Assembly (NCBI RefSeq): GCF_037042905.1
Contig: NC_087251.1
Location: 43,092,001-43,156,000 of the forward strand
Direction: 5' to 3'
Origin: Lytechinus pictus
Taxonomy: Eukaryota
DNA: 64,000 nucleotides
A program made the translations under genes and the position numbers. This document shows positions 1 to 12,639 of the stretch, piece by piece (the first letter of the stretch is position 1; every line of letters starts with the position of its first letter). The notes under the pieces are model-generated. The model did not search any database and was not told where the DNA came from. It saw only the letters and a list, made by a program, of their open reading frames with translations.

Positions 1-452
1 TCCCTTTAATCGTTGAACGCCAAACACCAAATAAGTGCCTGATAAACCATAATTGGTTAAAAATATGATTTCCTCTACAATAAAAATCATGTTTTTAGCC
101 AAACTTCATAAAATGTATGATTATTTCTACTTTTAGTCATTAAACTTAACTAATTTCATATTGTTTACTATCAGAATAAAGATAATTTCCACTGAAAAAA
201 AGCACAAAAAAAGTATTCAAAAAAAGAAAATTAAAGTAAAACGTTTTTTTGCCCAAAGTGCATTTGATCACAATTCTTAAGTCTGTAACAAAGAAATAGC
301 AATAAATGCAGTATTAGGGCTGTAAAAAGATAATTAGAGTATACTGTTAATTTCATGCATAAATCAGCATAAACAATTATTCATTAGATTATGGGGAAAA
401 TTTTACTACACAGATTTAATCACTTTAATGGCACCTACATGTATAGACTTAC

Positions 453-3400
453 TTCATTTCCATCTCTGCATATTTCAACCAGATTGTGACATTTCTGTGC
501 TCCACATCCAAAGCTCTTTCCCAAATTGATCTTGCTCTGTGGAAAAAGAAAATGTATAAACAAACAAGTGGAAACTTTATATATTGAATTCTATGCGATC
601 ATAAACATAACATTTGATTTTGAAGGGATCTTAATATCAGTGCTGTGAACACAAATACAAAGAACTGAATAAAATGAAAAGCTTTTTCACAGAGGAAATT
701 ATGCAAAAAGAATAGGAAAATAATGGGATAATCACAAACAAAAAAGCTTTAAAAAATGAACTCTCACATCCATGTAATATAAAAGATTTATTCAAATATT
801 AAGAGTTAAGTCAGATCAACCCCTATTCCTATTTCTCCAGTATTGATTTGCCATCAATATCAAGTTGAGATTTATTTTTGTTTTCTAAATCAATTAAGGT
901 GTTTTTTTTCTTTTCTAAGTATATATAAAAATGATACATATACAGTAAAAATATATACATGGCTTGAATAATATTAGTATATATAAAAAAATATTTTTTC
1001 CTTGTAACATCGGAAACACTGTTTATCAAATCATCCATATATCGAGTTTTTATTATGCTAACATTTTTTTGTGGAAAATATATTAAACATCTCTGGACCC
1101 TTTAAAATGAAAAAAAAAATTCAAATAAACAGTTATATATCAAATTGTAGATAAGATGACAATTTGGAGATGGTAAAGAATGATCATTTTGTATACCAAC
1201 AAGAAATATTTAAACAGATAGAGACTAAAAAAAAAATAGGAAAAGCCATAAATTCGGTAAAAGCAATTCTACATACATACATTCTCTATGCTTATAATCC
1301 TTACCGAGCAATTTCATTTTGACTCTCTTCCCACTTGGCATACTTGATCCAGTTTCCCACCATAGAACGGTTTTTGCGGATGTTATCCTCAAATTCTTTC
1401 CTCTTTCTCAGTCTGTATTCTTGCAGTTCATCTGGGTCTGTAATCTTTTGCTTTGGAGGCTGTAATTTGTTGGAAGGGATAGATAGATTATTCATGTAAT
1501 TCCATTTTATTATTCATGGGAGTGTTTCATGAAGAGTTTTGTCAGTGATTTTTCACTGGCTAACTTGCTCTTAGCCAATCAAATGCAAGGATTTCCAGTA
1601 GCTTATAACATCTAACTATTGGTGAAAACCAATGGCAAAACTCATAATGAAACATTGGCTAATTTTGCTCTCAAGCCATTCAAATGAATTTCAAGTAGCT
1701 TAAAACATCTGGCTGTAGCTGAAAATCACTGACAAAACACTTCTTCAACTATTCCCCAGAACGTCAGTTTGTATGGATTTGGATTGTCACAATAAATTCT
1801 GAATGGATCTGATATCAACGGAAACTGTCATATTTTTTTCTGATTCTGATATGTCAATGCCCATTCTATAAGATACAAAAGTATTGAAAGAGAACTATAT
1901 GGATTACATTCTGAATATTTCCATAACAATGTGGTAGTCATCAAGAATTCTAGAGAATTCGGGTCTGTTGGGTCATTAATGTTAACAAATTAAGGAATTG
2001 GGCATCTACTGTCAATGAGTTGATTCGCCAAAAAAGGTTAGTTCATGGGATGAGGACATGAAATGGGTCTACATTTTCCGAGAAATGATGATTTACACAG
2101 TAAAACATGATAATACATAATGATAATAACATAATAATACTGATTGTCATTTATATAGCGCTTTATCAATTTACGACTGCTCAAAGCGCTTCACAACTAT
2201 TATTACCCGGTCACTGGATTCATAGCATTTTAAGCAGCCTGTTAGGCGCACACTTGCTAAACCAACCACAATGACGGTTGTTTCCTACCGGTACCCAATT
2301 AGCACCTGGGTGAGAGTGGCAAAGTGTGGATTGACGCCTTGCCAAAGGATGCTGGCCATGGTGGGATTCGAACACACAGCCCTCTGATTACAAGGCGAGA
2401 GTCAGAACCGCTACACCACGGCGCTTCCACATACATGAAAATGCATGATAAGTCTAGAGAGAGATCATAAAGAATTCTTTTAATGACTGATTCATATGAG
2501 AAAAGATCAAGGGTTGTAAGAAAAGATGGGACAGAGCAAGAAAATGAATGAATGGATGAATGAATGAATGAAAAGATATATAGTCTTTGATATACTTACA
2601 GGAGGAACCAACTCAAGTTCTCTTTCCTTGGCCTCTCTGAGGATCTGTTCTGCAGTAATCTGCACCTCTGCAGGCATTTTGTTTTTAACCTGTTGGAAAA
2701 TGAATAAAAAAAAAACATACAGTAAGTATTTTTACATTAATGTAGGGGAGATTGGGGTTAGTTGGAATGCAGGGTAAGTTGAAACATTGTAATTATCTTT
2801 AACGCCTTTAAATAAATTTATGCAATACTGCCCTCAATTTATTGCCATTATCAACAGCAATCCACCATATTGGTGAAGTTAAAGGAAGTTTTTTTTTCTC
2901 ACCTTCTGAGTAATTTTTTTCTCTTTCAGAAATGTTTTATTATCTCAGAGAAGTTTATAGATCAAGTTGGCCAGTTTTGGGGTATAATGGACACTTGTAC
3001 CAAGCTACAAAACAAGGTTATTATTATGCCATGGTGAAGTCCCTTATTTGTGCTGTAAGTTTGTAAATGTCAAATGGGCCTCTGGGGTTAGTTGGAACAA
3101 AATTAAAGGGGCTTTTTGGAACATGTTCCAACTTACCCCAAACATAATTATGAATAAAAACATTGGATATGAGAAAAAAATGTATACAGTATTTCACACT
3201 CTTTTGAACATGTCTTGTAAGCCATGCTTATGTTTCTCAGTTAGGTCTGAGTGTGCATTTAAGGCCTATTATAAGCCCCTAATTCAATATCAACCCTTAT
3301 CAAACTGGGGGGGGGGTCAATTTGAGCCCCCGCCCCTCGACAAATTTTGTCACTATGCTGTCGCGCGAAATTTTTTGACCGCACCGCTCGCTGACTTTTT

Positions 3401-6400
3401 ACTTTCAAGTCTTGCGCATCATTCAAGACCAAATTAGCGATGCCCGGGTGCGCGGTTTTGTATGTGCATGTCGGAACCAAAATTGCTCAAAAAAGTGATT
3501 CCATACATGTACAAGGTCAATGCAAATTGTGTTTTTCATGGTCAATTTAGGGCAAATTTCATATGCTTATTTGCATAATTAATTTAAAATATAAACAATT
3601 ATTAAACAATTGTCATGTAAATTTGATGCAGAAGTACATGAAACTGCTGATACACTTAATTGCATGTAAAATCAAACACACACAAATACGCGGATTTCTA
3701 CTACACAGTTGGCTTGCGTGAGTGGCTGTACAATAGAAAACAAATTTTAACAAATCAGAATACACACCTTTTTATATTTTGAACTTGAAAAAAATAAAGC
3801 AAATAAGCTAAAACCATGTGATATCACAGTTGTAAATAGTTTTAGTATAATTCTTAATTGACCATGCAGTGTTCCACCAGAAATATTGCCGCCGAGATCG
3901 CACATGTTCTATCTATCGCAACGGCGGGAAATTTGACACCCTTCCAATATGGCTCGATCCCAAAAATCTGACATATCGGCAGATTGAAGACGTCTGATGC
4001 TCAGAGCCGAAAGAGGTCCGTTTGGTAAGTAAATTATCATTATTTACAGATTTCTATATCAAAATTATTGATAGCTAATAATTAAAATCGGCATTTGCAC
4101 AGATAAAATAGGGAGACCGCAAGATGTTTCTATCTCATCAACCACTTCATTAAACTGTTTGATTTTTTCAGATCTTGATGAAAATAGTGCAAAATAGAAA
4201 TTTACCAAATTTCGTAGTAATCCATGAATCGGTTTTTGGGTAATATTAATAATCAAATGAATTTCGAATGAAATTCAGCCAAATGCTCCCAATAGGCTCT
4301 GTAGAATAATCTGTCACAACAACACACACACAGCTGAAACACACAACTACACACAGAGTGCAGATATTTTGTGTGCAGTTTTGCATTGGGCTTTCTGGAG
4401 TAGTGGGGGAAGGAAAGGAAAAGTTAGACCTCTGTCGCGTTCGTTCTTGGTATCGATCGGCCATTTTGTTTTCAATATTGACAGGAAGAGAACGAACGAG
4501 ACAGAACTTTTCCTTTCTTTTGAGGGTCCAGTTTGTGCCTTGATGTCAGGATTCTGTGTCACAATAGACGTTCATCCATATAATTGAGGTAAGTGCATAA
4601 TTTATTTTCCCCCTTTTATTTGGTGTGCTATTGCGACCCCATTCTACCCCATTTTGGAGAGCATTTGTCTGCCTAGTATTACACGGACGAGTCCTGGGCT
4701 CCGGCCCGCTTTGCGGGTCGGTGAGTGCCATTCTGCCAAGATGCGGGCCGGAGCTCCCTGGGTTAGGTAGTAACCACTCATTCAATGAACAAGGTTATGA
4801 TATAACCTTGTTCTCAGTTACATCTCCATGTGTGGCAAAATAAGGGTGGCAATTTTGGCTTATTTTCTCTTTTTCTAAGGGACAAATGCTTGATTTTCTT
4901 ATACTGTCAGTTTTCAATAAAGCTATTCATCATAAAACTTGGCTCTTGTGTAAATTTGATTCTTTGAATTATTTTTTCTTAATTAAAAATAGAGATTGAA
5001 AAATGAAAATTTTCTTGCCATATTACTTTCCACCAATAGAGGGCGTACACAAAAATATGCCAAAAATACAAGTTTTTGAGTGCTCTGGTGAATACAAAAA
5101 TTACTAATGAAAAATAAATTGTAACTATGGAAATTAATAATTTTGATCACAAAAGTGATATTTTAAAGTGTGTGCTATGTACAGCATTGGCATACCATAG
5201 TCCTACCTGTAGATTCTCCACAGGCAGGATGGTTGCAAATGTAAAGTAGGTTATTTGGAGCATTTTATTTTCTTTAATTTGATACCAAAATTAGGGTGTC
5301 TTTGTGAATTTGAGGAGAAATGACATTCAGACTGACAGAAATGTAACATTTTTGAAAAAAAAATCCAATTATTGGCTGCAAAAAAGAAGAATGAAATTAG
5401 GACAATTTTCAGCATTTCTCTGCCATAGACTGTGTAGTTAAGAAATGGACACACACAATTCCAAATTTTTAGCTTCCGAGAGCTGTTATAAATTTATCAT
5501 TAATGCCAAAAACTTGTCCATAAAGAGTCCAATATAATTTTTTATGCTCTTTCTGATGGTATGATTTTTATAAAGATTTGGAAACCAGATCACAATGAAA
5601 AATTGCGACAAAGCGAAAAAAAATCGTTAGAAAACGCATGGGGAAATGGCAATCTCAACACACACACAAATAAGGGTTTGCAATTAATCTCTAAATCCTT
5701 ATTCAAAATGATCATATATATGATCATTTTGAATAAGGATTTAGAGATTAATTGCAAACCCTTATTTGTGTGTGTGTTGAGATTGCCATTTCCCCATGCG
5801 TTTTCTAACGATTTTTTTTCGCTTTGTCGCAATTTTTCATTGTGATCTGGTTCGTTTTAAACGGTGTGTTTTAAAACATGTTTTAAAACGCGTTTTAAAA
5901 CACCCGTTTTTTTTTACAAAAAAAACGTGTTTTAAAACACCGCATAGACTTGTGTGTTATAAATTTGCATGGATGTAATTTTAGATGAATGTTTTTTTTT
6001 TATACTGTTATTTCTGAAGTGGTGTATTATTTTCTTCTAACTAAAACTCTTTTTCAACACCACTCCTTTTCTCCTCTTTCTCTTTCCCCCTTCATTCTTT
6101 CTTTCTCCATTGCTTTGTCATGTTCCTCTTCTCCCTGTTCAATTGTGCACATCAATCCATATTAAGATTATTCTCATTTTAACAAACATATCTGAGTGTT
6201 GTGCTCACTTTTTGGACAGGGAAAGAAACACTTTAAAATGAGCTCAAATACATGTACATGTAATAGAAGTACTTAAATGAAATGGAAGTGTTGCACAAGC
6301 ACAATAATATTTTACAGATAGACTGTAAACCTGACATACTCTTGAGACACACCGTACACACAAAAGCAGGTAAAACTTTGTGCTTCGTAAAGATGAAGAA

Positions 6401-9400
6401 AGGTACTTTAAACAATATAAGATAATCAGCTAGCAAACCTTAACCCTAACAATTCCAGGGGACATTAATGGCCCCTAAAAAATTTGGGGATGCATGCATG
6501 GGTATGCAGTTATGATATACACCACAATTGCATATTATCAGATCCCGAATTGCTCAAAAACAAGATTTCATGTATACACCCAATGTGAGTTCTTGCCAAT
6601 ATTTGAATCTGTATCATTATTTTTACTTATTGTTAATGATTGGAAAATTATTGCCAAAAATTTATATTTGTAATAAAAAAAGTTTTAAAAATCTGCACAT
6701 AAGTTAAAAAGTAAAAAAAAAACATTACCGGTATTAACCTAGATAGACTGGGCTATTTAGTTTCCTAGAAGACTGACGGGGGCCTTATGACCTGGGCCGT
6801 CAATCGCGGGATCACAATGAAAATTGGCACATGCATTACCCATGGCATAATCTAAAAAACTATAAATCAAATTGTGCATAAATCTCATTGCTAATTTATG
6901 TGTAAAATCAAAAGTTTGCTCTAATTAACTAAATAATGCCCCTGAAAAAGTGAAATGCTCATTTTTGGTTCACAGACTCTTTATAGGAATCTGATCAAAT
7001 GTTCTTTAAAAAAAATTCAACATCACATTTATTTTCTTATGTATTTTATTTTTTCAATGGAAATAGTAAGGGGCTATATTTTGACCGTAAACAAGGTGAA
7101 ATTAATTGATTTTCATTGGTAAAAGGAAACTAATGACACATTTATGAATTTTGGCTAAAAACATTATTTGCATTGGATTTGTACAAGAATTCACGTTTTT
7201 GAGCAATTTTTGGTCTGCATGCACTTACAAAATGTTGTGTAATTTCGGAACCGCATACCAGGGGGTTGCAAAAGTTGCGTGAGACTCAAAAAAGGAAAAT
7301 CTGAGTGAGGCGGTAAAAAAATGCGCAGCAGATTTATCGCGAAAATGAAATAAAGCATATTGATTTACCGGTTATGAAATTAAGCTTTGAAACCCCATGT
7401 ACGTCAATTTCTTCCATTGTGCAAATTTATCGCGAAAAATGACAAGGGGGGCTGAATCAGCCCCTCCCAGTCTTTTTAGGGTTAAAAAAACATTCTATAG
7501 TAGGCCTATACTGATTTTTTTTTTATATGATCAGAATTCCTGAATTAAAAAATAAATAGTTCAAGGGCTTTATAATTTTATTTATAGATTTGAATAGAAT
7601 TTGTATTTCATGCACTAAAATTGGTATAATTGATTCAAATGAAATAAAGCATAACTGTAATGAAATTAAGCTTGAACCCCATGTACGTCAATTTCTTCCA
7701 TTGTGCAAACTCTTCTTGCCCCCCCCTTGACAAGACTCAATATATATCGGGAGTCGGGACTACATGTATATGTACATGTATTAGAAATAAAATATCAACT
7801 AACTTTTTTTTGTAGGCATTCAATTTCCATGAGTTAGTAATTTTTGGGGAAATATGAACTTTTCTGTTGGAAATTCATTAAAAAAATTGTGGTCATCTCT
7901 TATTTAAAACATCAAGAGCTTAAATCATACTGTATTAAGTGTATAGTTTAATTGATTTACAGAAAATTGCATCATTCGTTGAAAAAAAAACGTTTTAAAA
8001 CGATTCAAAACGTTTTAAAACAATAAAAAACGTTTTATTTGTTTTTTTTAATAAAAAACGTTTTTTATTACAACCCTGCTTACTATCAAAAGAAGCCCCT
8101 GAATTTTCTCTTTCCATACATGCCAAACACAAGTTAATAATCAATTCAGATAACATTTTTCTAGCAGCCTGAACTTCCCGAAAAAATGTGCCATATTTTC
8201 CCCTAAATCCATGAAATCAGCCTGTTTTATGCTGACACTTTTCAGTATGGCTTCAGACACCCTACCAAAATCATCTAATTTGGATAACGGGATCATATGT
8301 CAGAAATGCGTTGAACTTTGATTTTTCTCTCAAAACCATGACCATTTTTGGGTGTTGTGAATGCGGTGAAAAGGGCAAAAAATTTTGCTGTGTGCAGTAA
8401 AATTTGTACTTCCCCAACGTTACGGACGCGAGCGTCGCGTAACGTTGGGGAAGTACAATAAGAAACAAGATGGCGGCGTAAACATCGGGCAAGTCTCTTC
8501 CGTCTTTTCACAATATTTTTTCATTTTTTTGATGAATTCTTGTTTTAAAAATAACAACGAGAGTGTAGAAATGTCGGAAATGAAGTTTTATCCAATGTAT
8601 GGTAGGGGGTCCTAAAGCTACGCGGGTCCTAAAGCTATGCACCACTAATCGCGCATGCAGTTTTTAATGGCAAATGCGCACTCTGTGTGTGGAACTGTGA
8701 CTGCAGTGTGACGAACGATTCCTATTCATTTTCTTCTACAGAGGCTGCAGTAAATCTCTAAATGCAGAGAAAACCAAAAACTTTTTGGAATTTTAGAGTT
8801 ATATTCACTTAAATTTCATTTTATCCTAAAATATTATGAATATATTCTAGAAATTGAGGCACAGGAAATACTATTTTTTTGCATGATAAATCGAGTGCGT
8901 AGCTTTAGGACCCCTTCTACATCGGGTGGCGAAATCAAGGTGTTCGGAAAGGGAAATTATAAGATGGCAAATATAGCGATCTTAAACGCTTATATATAAG
9001 CGTCGAAATTTGTAGCCATCTCCTTGTATTAGTCTATATTATACGACGTGTCAAATTGTAGCGAACTAGTTCGCTATTTCCAGATCTCCTCTATATATAT
9101 ATACACGACGGGAAATTGTAGCGAACTAGTTCGCTATTTTCCAGATCTCCTCTATATACATACGACGGGAAATTGTAGCGAACTAGTTCGCTATTTCCAG
9201 ATCTCCTCTATATATATATATACACGACGGGAAATTGTAGCGAACTAGTTCGCTATTTTCCAGATCTCCTGTATATACATACGATGGGAAATTGTAGCGA
9301 ACTAGTTCGCTATTTTCCAGATCTCCTGTATATATATATACACGACGGGAAATTGTAGCGAACTAGTTCGCTATTTTCCAGATCTCCTATATATACATAC

Positions 9401-11188
9401 GATGGGAAATTGTAGCGAACTAGTTCGCTATTTTCCAGATCTCCTCTTAACGACGGGAAATTGTAGCGAACTAGTTCGCTATTTTCCAGATCTCCTCTAT
9501 ATACATACGATGGGAAATTGTAGCGAACTAGTTCGCTATTTTCCAATTCTCCTCTATGTATACGATGGGAAATTGTAGCGAACTAGTTCGCTATTTTCCA
9601 GATCTCCTCTATATATATATACACGACGGGAAATTGTAGCGAACTAGTTCGCTACAATTTCCCGTCGTATGTATATAGAGGAGATCTGGAAAATAGCGAA
9701 CTAGTTCGCTACAATTTCCCATCGTATGTATATAGAGGAGATCTGGAAAATAGCGAACTAGTTCGCTACAATTTCCCGTCGTTAAGAGGAGATCTGGAAA
9801 ATAGCGAACTAGTTCGCTACAATTTCCCATCGTATGTATATACAGGAGATCTGGAAAATAGCGAACTAGTTCGCTACAATTTCCCGTCGTGTATATATAT
9901 ATAGAGGAGATCTGGAAAATAGCGAACTAGTTCGCTACAATTTCCCATCGTATACATAGAGGAGAATTGGAAAATAGCGAACTAGTTCGCTACAATTTCC
10001 CATCGTATGTATATAGAGGAGATCTGGAAAATAGCGAACTAGTTCGCTACAATTTCCCGTCGTTAAGAGGAGATCTGGAAAATAGCGAACTAGTTCGCTA
10101 CAATTTCCCATCGTATGTATATATAGGAGATCTGGAAAATAGCGAACTAGTTCGCTACAATTTCCCGTCGTGTATATATATATAGAGGAGATCTGGAAAA
10201 TAGCGAACTAGTTCGCTACAATTTCCCATCGTATGTATATACAGGAGATCTGGAAAATAGCGAACTAGTTCGCTACACGCTACAATTTCCCGTCGTGTAT
10301 ATATATATAGAGGAGATCTGGAAATAGCGAACTAGTTCGCTACAATTTGACACGTCGTATAATATAGACTAATACAAGGAGATGGCTACAAATTTCGACG
10401 CTTATATATAAGCGTTGAAGATCGCTATATTTGCCATCTATAAAATACCGGTTCGGAAAACACGGCGGGATTTTCGTATTAGTGAGTTTTGCGATATTTT
10501 CTTCTTGGTTAATGATCTTTAGAATGTTTGCCACAAATTAGTGAAAGATATTTGTTGAAATATTAAAATTGGGATAGTTTTTATTGTTTGAAAACAAAGT
10601 GCGTAGCTTTTAGGTCCCCCCATCATACATGATTTAGAATTAGAGCTAGGCCTAGAAGGCTAGATCTTTTAGAAGGAAAGTAGAAATCTCGGGGGTGAAA
10701 GTTTCAGGTTTTGGCTTCCATTGTGTGGGTCTATGGGATAGAAGGCCTGGCTTCGTACGAGAGTGACCTTACGTTAGTAAATGATTTTTACTCTCTAACT
10801 TTGAAGCCGCCTGGCTACCCCATCCTAAATAATTATGCAATTCTGTTAACCATCATCATTTTTTCAATTTGCATTTTTATTTTTTAATGGAAATATTCAA
10901 CATTTATACTAAGGAAATAAACACGATTTTTATTTGATTCAATTATTTTTTGTTGTTGGCCACTTTACTCTAACGTTACATGTAAATTAAAGAAAAACAT
11001 CAATGACGATACGAGTTTACCCTAACTTTATCCTGACCGGAATAACAACTGATCTTTGTTCACATTCATAGCGTGTTATATTTTTTGGAGAAATTGCAAT
11101 CAATTATTTAGTTATTATTGAATGAAGCAATTTAAAGGAAACTTACCTTCGCAACTTTGGGAACTTTACTTTTGCTAGAAGAAGCCAT
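453..11188 (-). CDS. CRNKL1: Crooked neck-like pre-mRNA splicing factor (SYF3/Clf1, HAT repeats); first four coding exons, gene continues beyond the left edge
   Basis: GT-AG exons with consistent phases: 11188-11147 ([14 protein letters not shown]), 2689-2600 ([30 protein letters not shown]), 1459-1305 ([52 protein letters not shown]), 536-453 ([28 protein letters not shown]). This is the conserved crooked-neck N-terminus. Confidence 0.96.
2110..2428 (-). mobile_element. tRNA-derived SINE
   Basis: Reverse strand shows A box GTGGTGTAGCGG, B box GTTCGAATCC, core CCCAGGTGCTAATTGGGTACC and a (TAT)n tail. Confidence 0.85.
5583..5852. repeat. Perfect 270-bp palindrome with no spacer
   Basis: Arms AACCAGATCACAATG...ATGATCATAT|ATATGATCAT...CATTGTGATCTGGTT, centre 5717/5718. 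The ORF track gives the same peptide on both strands (5561..5845+ and 5590..5832-). Confidence 0.93.
6738..7481. mobile_element. piggyBac-like MITE (TTAA-flanked)
   Basis: TTAA|CCT...AGGG|TTAA. Reverse complement of the copy at 39197-39895. Confidence 0.7.
8605..10620. mobile_element. MITE-like host element into which the foldback element inserted
   Basis: GGGGTCCTAAAGCTACGC (about 8606, repeated at about 8624), with inverted copies GCGTAGCTTTAGGACCCC (about 8897) and GCGTAGCTTTTAGGTCCCCC (about 10601). Confidence 0.55.
8962..10439. mobile_element. Foldback-type element: long inverted termini plus inverted tandem arrays of about 51-62-bp units, each with an 18-bp palindrome
   Basis: About 95-bp unique inverted ends (AGATGGCAAATATAGCGATC... 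/ ...GATCGCTATATTTGCCATCT, one mismatch seen). 23 copies of TAGCGAACTAGTTCGCTA. Array polarity switches at 9645/9646. Flanked by ATA on both sides (possible 3-bp TSD). Confidence 0.85.
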
Positions 11189-12627
11189 GTTTATGATAGT
11201 ATGAGCGTCAAGACCATGAAAATCGTCGATTAGTTTCAAGTTTTTTCAGTTTTTTTTCCTCGGAAGCGAATCTACAAAAAGCAGTTAGACGGAGATGGCG
11301 CTTTGAAATATGGCTTGTTCGAGTAAATAAAAAACTAAAAAGGTATTAAAATATTCATAACTCTTACATGCATTCATAACCTCTAAATCGTAGCCATAAA
11401 AATATTAAAAAAGATAAATTTAATTTTTTGTACAAGATTTTATTATTTTTTAAATATGTAGTTGTATTTTTTTAGTCACATAATTAAGAGTTTTGTTGCC
11501 ATAGAGCTACCGCCGCTAAAAATATGCTAGATCTCACCCTTTAATTTTTTTTCACGGATCGAACACAATTTTGTAGAAGTTAAGAATAAGGGTGTGTATG
11601 TTATTTCATATAATGAATTCAATATAATGTCCTTGTGTATTGATTTCTGTTTGTGTATGCGTGATTTTGAATATTAATAAATGTGAATAAAAACCTTGTG
11701 AAAGAATGGAATGTTTGAATTAACCGACCGTGGACGTCGCGTCGACAGTCTCAGAGAGTGCCAGTCGGGGCCCGTGACCGCGCGTGTGCTTGCTTCCCGC
11801 CGCTGCTGGTGTCTGGACTGTCTATGCCATTGGAGTGTCGTGATCGTGCGACTCCCACCCAGGCCAAGGACCTAACTTGAGAAGGCCGCAGAGCTCAACC
11901 AAGTTAAGATCCCTTAAACCGGTCAAGAAGAGCGACTGGGGGCGGGGCAGGGGAGCCGGGAGGGGAGGTTCAAAATCATGAAATTATCATCAGTTAAACT
12001 TTAATGTTGAGAAAGTTCTTTTCAAAAAAAAAAAATCCCCCAATTTGGCCAATATTGGCAAAAAACATTGGCATCCGTCAGCCGTCAACCGTCAACTGTC
12101 TAGATCTACCTCGGGCGATGGTTCGTGTAGGCTCCACTAAGTTGCACTTCAGTCTTCACTACCGCTACCCTCCGCTACACCTAACAGTTACATGTACCTG
12201 AACCTTCAGGTAATATAGCGGAGGGTAGCAGTAGCTAGTGAAGCGTAGTGGAGCCTATATACGAACTATCGCCTGAAGTAGCATCCATCATGATCCAGTA
12301 CGTAAGCAGCTCATGTCGGAGTCGATGTTATATTTATTCAGATCCAAATTATGTTCTTTGACTTGGTTGGCGTGATCATGCCCTGTTTCGGTGGGTCAGC
12401 ATCGAAGTTTAATTTCACTCGTTCGTATCTCTAATATTTAACTTTTTTTGTTAGTAAATTCTTGAAGCTGTGGACAACGTGTGTTCACTAAAAATAACGA
12501 TGGGTTTCCTCATTCTCATAATAGACTAGAATTATTTCTAAGACTTATGTTCCTTTCTCAGTGACACATAGAATAGGCCTACACAGCTATCACCTGGTAA
12601 TCAATCTGAATCTCTTTAGTCTTGCAG
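11189..12627. promoter_or_regulatory. Bidirectional promoter / 5'UTR region between CRNKL1 and CFAP61
   Basis: Divergent ATGs about 1.45 kb apart; CpG-rich patch 11725-11970; YY1-like AGATGGCG at about 11294; X-box-like GTTGCCATAGAGCT at 11495-11508. Confidence 0.6.
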
Positions 12628-12639
12628 GAAAAAGTAAAA

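Noticed and set aside
5561..5845. Identical peptides predicted on both strands
   Set aside because: A consequence of the perfect palindrome, not a gene.
9048..10185. Repetitive ORFs (NCSELVRY / [12 protein letters not shown])
   Set aside because: Translations of the tandem array on both strands; no splice or coding support.
9050..10345. CRISPR-like array of regularly spaced palindromic repeats
   Set aside because: The intervening sequences are near-identical rather than unique spacers, the array inverts at its centre, there are no cas genes, and the context is a eukaryotic intron.
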